From contig OZ251539.1 of assembly GCA_965243135.1 (NCBI GenBank), positions 4,960,001-5,024,000 of the forward strand: a stretch of DNA of 64,000 bases. The letters are read 5' to 3'. The position numbers were made by a program, and so were the translations under genes. Position 1 is the first letter of the stretch; every line of letters starts with the position of its first letter. The notes under the pieces are model-generated. The model was not told where the DNA came from. It worked only from the letters and a program-made list of their open reading frames with translations, and searched no databases. Of this stretch, positions 35,001-38,477 are shown in pieces. This DNA comes from Alphaproteobacteria bacterium. GTDB taxonomy: Bacteria > Pseudomonadota > Alphaproteobacteria > MPNO01 > UBA830.

Positions 35001-36319
35001 GGCTTGCCCGAGATCGTGCGCGTGTCGGCATTCCAGGAGAGGCCCTGGGGGAGGCTTAGCGTCGTCGCCGCGCCCGGACCGGTCAGCGCGTAGTTTACCG
35101 TGGCGTCGCCGCCGCCGGCCGCCGGCAGCTGGAAGCTGACGACCGTGCCGGCGATCCAGTGCTGGTTCTCCACCTTCGCCGTTCCGAAGGAGGGACGGGA
35201 ATCGTTCACCGAGTGATCGGCGCTGTTCGCGATCGCATGGCTGCCGAGGTCGATTGCGACGTTCGACGCCTTGATGCTGCCGCCGTTCAGCGTCAGCGCG
35301 TCCGCGGGGATGGAGATGCCGTCGCGGTCGACGTCCGCTGCGGTCACCTTGTAGCGGAAGGTCGCCGTCGATCCGCTGTGCGTCCGGTAGACCGCCTGCC
35401 GCGTGGCGTCGCCGATGCCGAGCGCGATCCGCGGCGCGCCCGTCACCGTCACCGGGTAGTTGAACGTGACCTCCACATCGATGTTCTCGCCCGGCGCGTA
35501 GCTGGAGCCGCTGGCCGGAGACGAGACGATGGAAACTCCGCTCACCGCCGGAACCGCCCCGGCGACCGCGACGGTGAACGGCAGCGCGTCCGAAAGCCCC
35601 GTGACCGTCCCGCCTTTGCCGCCGCCGTAGCCGACGTTGAGCGCGTAGGTCGTCTTCGCCATTCCCACCTTCGGCGCGCCGTGGAGGACACGGGTTGCCG
35701 GATCGAAGGAGAGGCCGCCGGGCAGCGCTGGCGTCGCCGCCAGCGCGTAGGACGCGAGAGCGGCGGACGCGCCCTCGCCGCCCGCCGCCGGCAGCGCGAA
35801 GCTGCCGCGCGCGCCGCGCGTGAAGGCGTAGGCAGGCTGCGCCACGCCGTCGAAGGTCGGCCCGCCGCCATCCACTCGATGGTTGGACTGGTCGCCCAGC
35901 GCGTGGCTGCCGAGGCCGAGGGCGGCGTTCACGCTCCCCGCCTTGATGGCGCCCCCGTTGAGCGTCAGCGCGTCCGCGGCGATGGAAACGCCGTCGGCGT
36001 CCCGGTCGCCCGCCAGGATCGCGTAACGGAAGTTAACGTCGGACCCCGACGCCGACCAGAAGGCCGCCTGGCGGGCGCGGGAGCCGACGGTCAGCGCCAG
36101 ACGCGGCTCGCCGGTGACCGTGACGGCTCGACTGAAGGTGACCGTCACGTCGACGTGATCGCCCTGAGCGTAGGGCCGGATCTCTTGCTTTCTCTCCACG
36201 CTCGGACGCGGCGCAATCGAGACGCCGGTCACCGAAGGCGCGCCGCTCTGCGCCGCGTCGGCCAGCGGCGCGCACAGCGTCGCCAGGAGCGGGGCCATAC
36301 GGGCGAGGCGGAAAATCAT
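5060..36319 (-). CDS. Giant 10,419-aa repeat surface protein/adhesin with autotransporter-like C-terminal beta-barrel
   Basis: Uninterrupted ORF with an N-terminal Sec-type signal (MIFRLARMAPLLATLCAPLADA). It carries ~13 copies of a ~125-aa V.F...V.V.G.P.L.L...FRY.V...D.D.DG domain, He_PIG-like units (LP.ATGGDG.L.Y...WTATD.DGD), dozens of ~110-aa Thr/Ala/Ser-rich units ending in (I/L)xDDD/E, Calx-beta units and a PKD-like ADAGEDK..V.EG unit. It ends in amphipathic strands with a terminal Trp (LKLRMHW). Confidence 0.9.
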   Translation of the reverse strand: MIFRLARMAPLLATLCAPLADAAQSGAPSVTGVSIAPRPSVERKQEIRPYAQGDHVDVTVTFSRAVTVTGEPRLALTVGSRARQAAFWSASGSDVNFRYAILAGDRDADGVSIAADALTLNGGAIKAGSVNAALGLGSHALGDQSNHRVDGGGPTFDGVAQPAYAFTRGARGSFALPAAGGEGASAALASYALAATPALPGGLSFDPATRVLHGAPKVGMAKTTYALNVGYGGGKGGTVTGLSDALPFTVAVAGAVPAVSGVSIVSSPASGSSYAPGENIDVEVTFNYPVTVTGAPRIALGIGDATRQAVYRTHSGSTATFRYKVTAADVDRDGISIPADALTLNGGSIKASNVAIDLGSHAIANSADHSVNDSRPSFGTAKVENQHWIAGTVVSFQLPAAGGGDATVNYALTGPGAATTLSLPQGLSWNADTRTISGKPGAAAAAASYSWAATDGDGDAARLSFDITVAAANAPAPTRLELTETPGFDGDYAAGEVIRATVSFEKNVVVTGAPRLALDIGGAVRQAAYARGLSSPNSLTFQYAVTPSDFDGDGLDIGSGALTLNGGSIVDAADASVAASLGLGGLALRSLGRTVRDAKPSLGTIAARRYLVNLRASDRLPAATGGDGTLSYKLTGPGSAETLSLPDGLSWNASARTLSGAPAAAAAAASYTLTATDGDGDAATQTFALSVVTDPVVSGVAITSSPASGDAYKAGETITVDATFDQTIAVAGAPNLALTIGGEVRQAAGSHVSGQSKITFSYTVATSDRDADGISIAANALALNGGSIRNAKGEDARLGLGAHAVVGAAGHKVSTPPRVVEAKLGASDQACCWNRRPAGWADPRQTATNRFAPAVVTAAVAFDQAVVFDGSGRPSLALAIGGRIRQAAYDAYVSRQMARAFGRDASSVLGFQYTLQPSDFDGDGISVAAGALTLAPGATLRDREGETALLGLGTHAIADDPNHRVRDTAPSFGTAAIQPQHWVAGTAASLTLPAATGDGSVSHALAPTERPSWMAFDSATRVLSGTPPAAAARSSHTWTATDGDGDSTALAFPLTVAAADAPKVSEVKFLSAPAAHRMYAPGSVIEVGIKFDKGVTVTGAPTLALDIGGATRKAGYAAARNGYLVFSYAVQQADYDADGVSVGSGALAPPASGGIFDAADDSIRAALGLGSHAIDDDAGHQVGSPPRVTGVSVHTTPQQAGAYTRGATVTVQVDFDQTVTVTGAPQLALAVGDRIRQARTAASAGNAYVRFSYTVAAGDSDSDGLGVAAGALTLGGGTIRDADGQNAALDLGSHARTAFANAKVDGSRTGLWPDFGTAAGPDLDLTVGTAATQPLPTATGGDAPVRYAVSPALPAGLGVNASTGVLSGTPGVESPRTGYALTATDSNGDAETLAFTIKVAGNRPVASGVAVASAPLSGDTYGASEEILVDVAFERAGTGAMTVRGAPRLALDVGGTTRQASFLSVSGGTLRFRYTVQAEDRDTDGVAVAADALDLNGGLIRDAAGNNAILGLGSHALGAQAAHKVNGSVGRAPAVAGIRVISTPASGDTYSYGETIEVEVRFDQAVGVSGTPNLALALGAGTAQAAWNRAGTSPTTQIFRHVVAAADSDPDGLSVAAGALTLNGGTIRNVGGTNAGLGLGSHALGAQAAHKVNGANAAAPTVTGVSIRSFQSDGWYDHGQTIDVRVTFSKAVQVSKATFQGRDFWPELTLAIGGTARTASYHASSGRSVDFRYTVQDPDHDPDGISIGARALNSHSAITYGIGGGFNQVLNGRIDLGSHALGAQASHKVDGRAATVTGVTINSTPANSAGYGAGEKIRAQVTFSELVNNRSGSSRLALTIGDNTRHATLEISLGPQHSRSLYYEYTVQSTDRDADGISIAADALTGNLRRREGNPVNFALGSHALDAQGTHKVTGAIVTPRVTRVSVIFVPRSNQTFTLGEEIRVRVKFDVPIVASGGSPQLALAIGNATHRLNGRLLAPTSALEFVHTVGPSDRDADGISIAAGALTLPSGATLRSRLGGAAALGLGSHAMTNDARFKVDGSSNPAAAGEVKLSGSARHDTFLTGERFKISVNYDKTVTVTGTPTIALQVGSVTRRLPLSDNGGRPLSSYRGRALNFYYTVRHSDRDPDGVSIGAAALRLEGGSITGPGGKPARLAFSNAIVNDARFKIGGAALPTPTFGAAVVPARVWTVGAPVDFTLPPATDGDGTLAYALTGPGTSATALSLPRGLSYSASSTGAFGGGRISGTPTVSANPASYRLTATDADDDTATLDFTIQVAPDLTPRFEATVDDLEWIENDEIDAFDLPAATGGNGTLTYTLSPALPDGLSRADRRVSGTPEADAARTQYTWTATDADGDQASLTFHAAVAEDTAPSFGDQTIDDLSWLQGALVAEVTLPEATGGNGPLIHQISPEDLPPDIELDGRVLKGTPAEVREALEYTWRAVDRDGDKAELTFDLEVYEDLLPSFGDTTIDDRAWTQRQEIAAFNLPEAVGGDGDLTYALAPALPPGLSRDAATREVSGTPTAARAAATYTWTATDADGDKAELTFTMAVDGIPTFGDETVADATWTKGKEIESFTLPEATGGDGRVIYALSAAAPHTGLPDGVVRDAATREVSGTPTAARTRTEYTWTATDADGDEASLSFFAAVVEPPAATLVLSASTIDEHDGTNPGSATVTAALDKASSADTTLTVAAAAGTNAADGDFALSIPATLTIAAGETASIGTVTITAVDNAKDEDDKTVIVSGSAANDVLVTGPADLTLTIADDDDAPTVTLALADAAIDENGGATTVTATLSHASSAETTITVTAVAGFYAAGPDATIVIAAGETAHASDTATIEAVDDDVDNVGDRSVTVTATASNDQGAVSVTGASLTLTDDEATPTATLALSEPDPSQPDTIAESGEGNASAVTATLDRASSEAVTLTVAATAGTNAADGDFALSSPATLTVAAGETASAGVVTVTAADNAKDEPDRFVTISATVSGASGVSNPTALTLTIEDDENAPTVTLALADAAIDENGGATAVSATLSHPSSAATTVTVTGMPGFYAASPDATIVIAAGETASASDTATIEAVDDDVDNVGDRAVTVSGTAANDQAVGEAVAVTGAGLDRQRRPRPGLPGESRTMAVTGASLTLTDDEATPTATLKLSQADPSKPDTIGENGGVSTVTAALSGKSSEAVTLTVSAGTNAADGDLALSSPATLTVAAGETASAGVVTVTANDDDADSPDKSVTVSAAVSGASGVLDPAAVTLTIADDDDPPTVTLALANAAIDENGGATTVTATLSHASSAETTITVTAVAGFYAAGPDAAIVIAAGETTSASDTATIEAVDDDIDNVGDRSVTVTATASNDQGAGSVTGAALTLTDDEDTPTATLALSEPDPSKPDTIAESGEGNASAVTATLNRASSEAVTLTVSAAAGTNAADGDFALSIPATLTVAAGETASAGVVTVTAEDNAKDEPDRSVTVSAAVSGDSGVSDPTAVTLTIADDDNPPVVALAVADAAISENGGATAVSATLSHPSSAATTVTVTAVAGFYAAGPDATIVIAAGETANASDTATIEAVDDDVDNVGDRAVTVSGTAANDQAVGEAVAVTGASLDRRLRPRPGLPGESRTMAVTGASLTLTDDEATPTATLALSEPDPSKPDTIGENGGVSTVTAALSGKSSETVTLTVSAVTNAADGDFALSSPATLTVAAGETASAGVVTVTANDDDADSPDKTVTVSAAVSGASGVSDPAAVTLTIADDEDAPTVTLELADAAIAEDGGTTTVSATLSHPSSAATTITVTALEGAYTVDSADATIVIAAGSTANALDTASITAVDDAIDNVGDRSATVTGTASNDQAAAKSETVAVTGASLTLTDDEGAPTATLRLSQSSISENGGVSTVTATLNRASSEAVTLTVSAAAGTGAVSGDFTLSSAKTLTIAAGSTASAGAVTVTAVADATDSPDKSVTVSAAAAGGGVANPSAVTLTIEDDDAAPDATLALASSSLPENGGATTVRATLSHPSSAATTITVTALEGAYTVDSADATIVIAAGSTANASDTATVNAVNDDVDNVGDRTVTVTGTASNGQAAAQSETVAVTGASLTLTDDEGAPTATLKLSQPSISENGGVATVTATLSGQSSEAVSVSVSAGGGGFTLSSAKTLTIAAGSTASAGAVTVTAVADATDSPDKSVTVSAAASGGGVANPSAVTLTIADDDAAPDATLALATSSIPENGGAATVRATLSHPSSAATTVTVTGVTGFYAAGPDATIVIAAGETANASDAATINAVNDDVDNVGDRAVTVTGTASNGQAAAESETVAVTGASLTLTDDEATPTATLNLSSSSVPENGGVSTVTATLNRASSEAVTLTVGASPRTGAVSADFTLSARKTLTIAAGSTTSAGAVTVTAVADATDAPDKSVTVTATAAGGGVGNPSAVTLTIADDDAAPDATLALASSSIPEDSGTTTVSATLSHPSSAATTVTVTGVSGFYAAGSDATIVIAAGSTANASDTATINAVNDDVDNVSNRSVTVTATASNDQGAGSVTGAELTLTDDEGAPTATLKLSQSSIPENGGASTVTATLSGKSSEAVTLTVSAGGAGFTLSSAKTLTIAAGNTTSAGAVTVTAVADATDSPDKSVTVSAAASGGGVANPSTVTLTIADDDAAPDATLALASSSILENGGATAVRATLSHPSSAATTVTVTGVTGFYAAGSDATIVIAAGSTANPLDTATINAVNDNVDNVSNRSVTVTATASNDQGAGSVTGAELTLTDDEGAPTATLKLSQSSISESGGVSTVTATLSGKSSEAVTLTVSAGGAGFTLSSAKTLTIGAGSTASAGAVTVTANDNDVDSPDKSVTVTAMAAGGGVANPASETLTITDDDAAPGVALALASSSIPEDGGATTVSATLSHPSSAATTITVTALEGAYAVDSADATIVIAAGETANPSDTATINAVNDDVDNVGDRAVTVTGTASNGQAAAESETVAVTGASLTLTDDEATPTATLKLSQASIPENGGVSTVTARLSGKSSEAVTLTVSAGGGGFALSSAKTLTIAAGSTASAGLVTVAAVADATDAPDRPVTVSAAASGGGVANPSAVTLTIADDDAAPDATLALASSSIPEDGGATTVSATLSHPSSAATTITVTALEGAYAVDSADATIMIAAGETANPSDTATINAVNDDMDNVGDRAVTVTGTASNGQAAAESETVAVTGASLTLTDDEATPTATLKLSQSSISESGGVSTVTAALNRASSEAVTLTVSAGGAGFTLSSAKTLTIAAGSTASAGAVTVTAVADATDAPDKSVTITAAAAGGGVADPANKTLMIEDDDAAPGVTLALASSSIPEDGGATTVSATLSHRSSAATTVTVRGVSGFYAAGSDATIVIAAGSTANAADTATINAVNDDVDNVSNRIVTVTATASNDQGAGSVTGAELTLTDDEGAPTATLKLSQSSISESGGVSTVTATLSGVSGEAVTVTVAAAPGTGAVAADFTLSARKTLTIAAGSTASAGAVTVTANDNDVDSPDKSVTVSGAVSGDSGVSDPAAVTLTLTNDEVPPTLALSLSASSISETDGVSTVTATLSGASSQAVTLTVAAAAGTGAAAADFDLSTEKTLTIAVGATASVGGVTVTANGNDVDSPDKQVTVSAAAAGGNGVAAPPSATLTLTDDDDAPSVTLALSSSSVSENGGEATVTARLSGKSSQPTTVTVTASAGSHTAASDFTQTGATLTVAAGATASAGVVTVTAVNDAEDAAHDKTVTVSATAGNGQGIAGNPSPVTLTIEDDDVDLKPTFGDQRIASRLWPVSTVVPRLALPRATGGDGTLTYALSPALPPWLSRNGFFVTGTTPDAPTNQKEYVWTATDEDGDAATLPFLVAVIAPGDPPRLVNPPGIVVNTGNLPSLSISSPRVAEGASGSTATLSYTVALSAASTEEVSAGYADAGTGTASSGADYAALATGTLTFAAGETSKTVDVTVTGDGVDEPDETVELALSGPVNAQVPVSGRTGTGTIEDDDAAPSVTLALASSSIPEDGGATTVSATLSHLSSAATTVTVTGATGFYAAGSDATIVIAAGSTSSATDTATINAVNDAIDNVGDRSVTVTATASNDQAAAESQAVAVTGASLTLTDDEATPTATLKLSPASISESGGVSTVTATLSGKSSEAVTLTVSAGGAGFALSSAKTLTIAAGSTASAGLVTVAAVADATDAPDKPVTVTAAAAGGGVANPSAVTLIIADDDAAPGVTLRLASSSIPEDGGATAVSATLSHPSSAATTITVTALEGAYSVDPADATIVIAAGSTANASDAATINAVNDDVDNVGERSVTVTATASNGQAAAESETVAVTGASLTLTDDETTPTATLKLSSSSIPENGGAATVRAALSGKSSEAVTVTVAAAPGTGAVAADFTLSARKTLTIAAGSTASAGAVTVTANDNDVDSPDKSVTVSGAVSGDSGVSDPAAVTLTLTNDEVPPTLALSLSASSISETDGVSTVTATLSGASSQAVTLTVAAAAGTGAAAADFDLSTEKTLTIAVGATASVGGVTVTANGNDVDSPDKQVTVSAAAAGGNGVAAPPSATLTLTDDDDAPSVTLALSSSSISENGGEATVTVRLSHPSSAATTVTVSASAGSHTAASDFSLSASRTLTVAAGATASAGAVTVAAVNDAEDAAHDKTVTVSATAGNGQGIAGNPSPVTLTIEDDDVDLKPTFGDQRIASRLWPVSTVVPRLALPRATGGDGTLTYALSPALPPWLSRNGFFVTGTTPDAPTNQKEYVWTATDEDGDAATLPFLVAVIAPGDPPRLVNPPGIVVNTGNLPSLSISSPRVAEGASGSTATLSYTVALSAASTEEVSAGYADAGTGTASSGADYAALATGTLTFAAGETSKTVDVTVTGDGVDEPDETVELALSGPVNAQVPVSGRTGTGMIEDDDAAPSVTLALASSSIPEDGGATTVSATLSHPSSAATTVTVTGATGFYAAGSDATIVIAAGSTSSATDTATINAVNDAIDNVGDRSVTVTATASNDQAAAESQAVAVTGASLTLTDDEATPNVTLSLSEPDPSKPDTIAENGADNASTVTAALNRASSEAVTLTVSASAGTNAAATDFTLSGAKTLTIAAGSTASAGLVTVTANDDATDGPDKSVTVTAAVSGASGVSNPAAATLTIADDDDTPTVTLALSPSSISENGGVTAVSATLSHASNADTTITVTAQDGAYTVDSTDATVVIAAGSTANASDTATINAVNDAIDNVGDRNVTVTGTASNDQAAAESEIVAVTGASLTLADDENTPTATLELSSSSIPENGGAATVRAALSGKSSEAVTVTVAAAPGTGAVAADFTLSARKTLTIAAGSTASAGAVTVTANDNDVDSPDKSVTVSGAVSGDSGVSDPAAVTLTLTNDEVPPTLALSLSASSISETDGVSTVTATLSGASSQAVTLTVAAAAGTGAAAADFDLSTVKTLTIAVGATASVGGVTVTANGNDVDSPDKQVTVSAAAAGGNGVAAPPSATLTLTDDDDAPSVTLALSSSSVSENGGEATVTARLSGKSSQPTTVTVTASAGSHTAASDFTQTGATLTVAAGATASAGVVTVTAVNDAEDAAHDKTVTVSATAGNGQGIAGNPSPVTLTIEDDDVDLKPTFGDQRIASRLWPVSTVVPRLALPRATGGDGTLTYALSPALPPWLSRNGFFVTGTTPDAPTNQKEYVWTATDEDGDAATLPFLVAVIAPGDPPRLVNPPGIVVNTGNLPSLSISSPRVAEGASGSTATLSYTVALSAASTEEVSAGYADAGTGTASSGADYAALATGTLTFAAGETSKTVDVTVTGDGVDEPDETVELALSGPVNAQVPVSGRTGTGTIEDDDAAPSVTLALASSSIPEDGGATTVSATLSHPSSAATTVTVTGVSGFYAAGSDATVVIAAGSTANASDTATINAVNDDVDNVGERSVTVTATASNGQAAAESETVAVTGASLTLTDDETTPTAALKLSPASISESGGVSTVTATLSGKSSEAVTLTVSAGGAGFALSSAKTLTIAAGSTASAGAVTVAAVADATDAPDKPVTVTAAAAGGGVANPSAVTLIIADDDAAPGVTLRLASSSIPGDGGATAVSATLSHPSSAATTITVTALEGAYSVDPADATIVIAAGSTTNASDAATINAVNDDVDNVGDRTVTVTATASNGQAAAESETVAVTGASLTLTDDETTPMATLKLSQASIPESGGVSTVTATLSGKSSEAVTLTVSAGGAGFALSSAKTLTIAAGSTASAGAVTVTAIADATDSPDKSVTVSAAASGGGVANPSAVTLTIADDDAAPDATLALASSSIPENRGATAVRATLSHPSSAATTVTVTGVTGFYAAGSDATIVIAAGSTANASDTATINAVNDDVDNVGDRAVTVTGTASNGQAAAESETVAVTGASLTLTDDETTPTATLKLSQSSILESGGVSTVTATLNRASSEAVTLTVGASPGTGAVSGDFKLSSAKTLTIAAGSTTSAGAVTVTAVADATDSPDKSVTVSAAASGGGVANPSAVTLTIADDDAAPSVALAVADSSIPENGGATTVSATLSHPSSAATTVTVTGVTGFYTVGSDATIVIAAGSTANATDTAAITAVNDAIDNVGNRTATVTGTVANDQGAGNVTGASLTLTDDEGAPTATLKLSPATIPENGGAATVTATLSGKSSEAVTLTVSAGGTGFTLSSAKTLTIGAGSTTSAGAVTVTAVADATDSPDKSVTVSATASGDSVANPSAVTLTIADDDAAPGVTLGLASSSIPENGGATTVRATLSHPSSAATTVTVTGVSGFYAAGSDAMIVIAAGSTTNTTDTATITAVDDAIDNVGDRAATVTGTVANDQGAGNVTGASLTLTDDEGAPTATLKLSQSSISESGGISTVTATLNRASSEAVTLTVSAGGAGFALSSAKTLTIGAGSTASAGAVTVTAVADATDSPDKSVTVSAAASGGGVANPASKTLTIADDDAAPDATLGLASSSIPENGGATTVRATLSHPSSAATTVTVTGVSGFYAAGSDATIVIAAGETANATDTATITAVDDAIDNVGDRAATVTGTASNGQAAAESETVAVTGASLTLTDDESAPTATLKLSPATIPESGGVSTVSATLSGKSSEAVTLTVSASPGTGAVSGDFTLSGAMTLTIAAGSTSSAGAVTVTANGNDVDSPDKSVAVSATAAGGGVANPSAVTLAIADDETLPTVSLVLSSSSISENGGVATVAARLSGKSSAAVTVTVGASPGPGTDFTQTGTTLTIAAESTTSTGTVTVRGADDGVAEGSERITVSGTAAGGNGVADPSPLTLTLTDDDTPQTTLVLSSASIAEAGGVATVTAMLSGKSGVAVTVTVSAGGAGFTLSSANTLTFAANATTSAGVVTVTGVDDDTDAPNKSVTVSGAASDGLGLANDPHDVILTIADDDAAPRVTLALSSSSISENGGVSTVTATLDRPSSQPTTVTVSASPGTGFTLSGTTLTVAAGATASVGAVTITAVDNAKDEPDKSVTVSGTAANGHGKTDPAAVTLTITDDDESVSPPSALAADAGEDKIVDEGAAVTLSGRAHGWDPAAGAPTWAWEQTGGTPTVALTGAATAGPSFTAPQVSGVTVLTFRLTVTAGGASVSDTVDITVTDRSGAAVATPDSAPTPDSVPTFGDAAVPDQSWVQNAAIAPFVLPTATGGDGSLTYALSPTPPDGVARDAATRAVSGAPAEPMQRTEYAWTATDADGDEATLTFNVTVFEDTVPSFGDETITDKLWVAGLRIETFALPTATDGNGELTYTLSRLPPAGVARDAATHEISGAPAEPMQRTEYAWTATDADGDEATLTFAIEVWPRIAFSLEDAKAEEGDEVVFFLKLSPPPPRDMTARLVAVPGTATVGEDYTTAAARSPLSLASTSGGGAVAYATGHEFRIAAGQTSVRVAVRTINDETDEPHETFTLDAVSVHPMGARAAATGTIVDNDHQGRTRAFEAVLAAFGRTVAAEAIDVLGERFTEAAPGNRVTLGGHAVPLGAAEATPADEDGLSGVGVGGAPRRSDDGAGSGMRELAARSSFALSLGRDDAAAGGGPALWGRAGASRFSGRPDDDLETEGEVFTGFVGTDARPRPDFLLGVAVARSRGEMSYVLGEGRGDVDATLTSVFPYAHWTPVPMVNLWAIMGAGQGAAKVADEAGAARTDIEMRMAALGGRKELGASGGVDWALKGDGVAVRMMSDAARGLSATDAGTRRLRLMVEGSADWGLTEHARLRPRLELGGRWDGGRLDEGFGQEMGGGATYADMRLGLEAEARGRYLLAHRSSGFEEWGASFAIHFDPGGDGLGPWIGMSPQWGATDSGAQSLWEGAPPDDGGSAGGRLRLEAGYRFDESRAMTLTVKRDSRGGGRGYGLGCRFAPARNLLVEAEASRSESETNAFEHSISLKLRMHW
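11720..19910. repeat. Near-identical multi-kb direct repeats inside the adhesin gene (three copies of a ~1.75-kb block)
   Basis: Marker acggcttgcaatccgctggtcgccgaacgtcggcttcagg occurs at 13391, 16181 and 18929 (offsets 2790 and 2748). Sequence at 11941 recurs at 17479 (offset 5538). Boundaries approximate. Confidence 0.9.
24954..27878. repeat. Tandem duplication of a 1473-bp (491-codon) block inside the adhesin gene
   Basis: 24954-26405 matches 26427-27878 at offset 1473. The antisense ORF pairs of 249 aa and 202 aa recur at exactly this offset. Confidence 0.85.
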
Positions 36320-37260
36320 GCCGCGCCGTGCCCGCCCGTCGCGCGCGACGCGATGGGCGGGGCTTGAAAACGACGAGAATTCCGCTCGCGCCCCCGGGCG
36401 GCAATTTCCTGATCCGTCGGAACCGATGCCATCGCCATCTCGCTGATTCCGCGCCTGCCGGACGTGCCGGCATCGTCAACCAATCATTTGTTTAAGCGAA
36501 TTTTTTTCGAGCGGTGGTCACATTTTCGTGACCGGGCCGGCGGAGTTCCGGGCGGTTCGCGGCCCCGCGTTTCGCGCGCCGGGCATGGCCCGCGGGGCCG
36601 GTTCCGCCCGACCGGGAAGGAAACCGGTTCGAACGAAAACGGAATCCGGATCTCACCCTGCGCCTCGCGCCGCCGCTTCGCCGACCGACGAGCGGAACGA
36701 TAGGCAAAAAGCGTTACGGAACGGCGAAGCCGGCGTTAAAGGTCGGTGACGCCTGCAAGCGTCGACGTCGAGGGAGAGGCGTCGTCCTCAAGGACAAAGC
36801 ACGCGCGTTCGCAACGTCTCGAGCGGCGCGTTCCGCCGTTGCCGCCCGGCCGCGGATACCCGGCGCGGGGTTGACGGGACGTCCCCGGCGCGCGACGCCC
36901 GGTCCGCTTGCGCCCGGGCCGGCGGCGAGGTCGCCCGAGGTCGTGCGCCGCCCTCCAATTCGGTGAGGATGACGATCTCGCCGCCCGCCGGCAGGCCGAC
37001 GTAAACGGCACGGCGCAACCGGCGACGGCCGGCCCCCGATTGTCTCGCGCGCCCTGCTCGTCTACGCTCGCGGGCGCCGCAGAAAGAGATTCATGGCCGC
37101 ACTTGGGATCCCCGCCGCCGGTTCGGAAGAACCGAAGCGCCGTCAACCGGTTCGAACGCGCGGCCGACCGTTGCGGCTTGACGGCTTCTTACGCACGAAC
37201 GCGCAAACGATTTCGGGCCCAGGATTCGTGCCGAAGGCGGCGAGAATGCCGCTTTACGCC

Positions 37261-37293
37261 CGCGCCGGAGAAGACCGCAACTTCTCCGGCGCG
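37261..37293. other. Perfect 13-bp-stem hairpin in the intergenic region
   Basis: cgcgccggagaag-accgcaa-cttctccggcgcg. No U-tract, so not a classic intrinsic terminator. Confidence 0.6.
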
Positions 37294-37471
37294 GCGCCGG
37301 GTTCGACGGGCGAACGGAAAGGCTTCCCGAGACCGGGCCGGACGTCCTCCCGCCCACGGAAACCTCCACCGGTTCGCCGCGGTCTCCGGGTAACCGGCGG
37401 CGATCCCGCGCGGGGCGGCTCCTGTCGAGACGACCGCGGTCCGATGACGAACGAATGACGGGAGCGCAATC

Positions 37472-38419
37472 ATGACCACGCTGATCACGGGTGCCGGGCT
37501 TGTCGGCACCGCCTATGCGATCGAGGCGGCGAAACGCGGCGAAAAGGTCGTTTTCCTCGATCCGATTCCTCGCGACGACTATCTCGCCATGCGCCTCGGC
37601 GACGCCGAATACGAGATCGTCGCGGACGACGTGCGCAGCCTGCCCGGACTGTTGAGCGCGATCGACGAATACGCCCCCGAAACCATCCTCCACACGGCGG
37701 GGCTGATCGGAAAGCGGGTCGCGAATCCCATTCACTTCGGCTACGACCTCAACGTTGGCGGCGCCATGACGGTGGCCGAGGCGATGCGCCTGACCGGCGT
37801 CAAGCGGCTTCTGCATCTGTCGACGTTCGGCGTCTACGACTGGCGGCGGAGCGACGGCGCGGACAGGATCGACGAAACCTTCGCCCTCGGCAGCGGCGCC
37901 GCGTATTCGAATTCCAAGGCGGCGCAGGAACTGATCCTCGAGGCCTACCAGATCCATTGCGGCTTCGAAATGGTCACCATGAGGCCGGGCAACGTGTTCG
38001 GCATGGGACATTTCTGGGGCGGATCCGGCGGCGGCGAGAAGGTGCACGCCCTGATCGAAGCCGGCGTTCGGGGCCGGCCCGCGGTCATCCCGGAAGAGCA
38101 GACCATGGCTTTCGAGTACGTCTACGCCAACGACATGGGCCGCGCGCTCGATCTGGCGGCGACGAAGGCGACTTTGCCGTCCCCCGCCGTCTACAATATC
38201 TCATGGGGAGAGGCGATCACCTTCGACCGCCTGGTCGAGGCGGCCAGAGTCTCGCTGCCGAATCTGGAAATCAGGATCGAACCCGGCACGCCGCCGGATT
38301 CCCGCATGACGCCGCTCGACATCGGCCGCGCGCGAGAAGAACTCGGATGGGAGCCCTCGTACGCGTTGGAGGAAGCGCTCGCCGACTACGCCGAGGAATT
38401 CCGTAAGCGAAACGCCTGA
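37472..38419 (+). CDS. NAD-dependent epimerase/dehydratase (extended SDR)
   Basis: ITGAGLVG Rossmann motif, STFGVY and YSNSK (YxxxK). Confidence 0.9.
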   Translation: MTTLITGAGLVGTAYAIEAAKRGEKVVFLDPIPRDDYLAMRLGDAEYEIVADDVRSLPGLLSAIDEYAPETILHTAGLIGKRVANPIHFGYDLNVGGAMTVAEAMRLTGVKRLLHLSTFGVYDWRRSDGADRIDETFALGSGAAYSNSKAAQELILEAYQIHCGFEMVTMRPGNVFGMGHFWGGSGGGEKVHALIEAGVRGRPAVIPEEQTMAFEYVYANDMGRALDLAATKATLPSPAVYNISWGEAITFDRLVEAARVSLPNLEIRIEPGTPPDSRMTPLDIGRAREELGWEPSYALEEALADYAEEFRKRNA

Positions 38420-38477
38420 ACGAACGGGGTGCGCCGTCGCCGCTCGCGCAGGATTGTTCAAACCGGAGACTATCAAG

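Noticed and set aside
5066-36367. Very long plus-strand ORFs (up to 2524 aa, Arg/His-rich) opposite the adhesin
   Set aside because: These are antisense shadows caused by high-GC codon bias and repeats, with low-complexity, non-protein-like composition.
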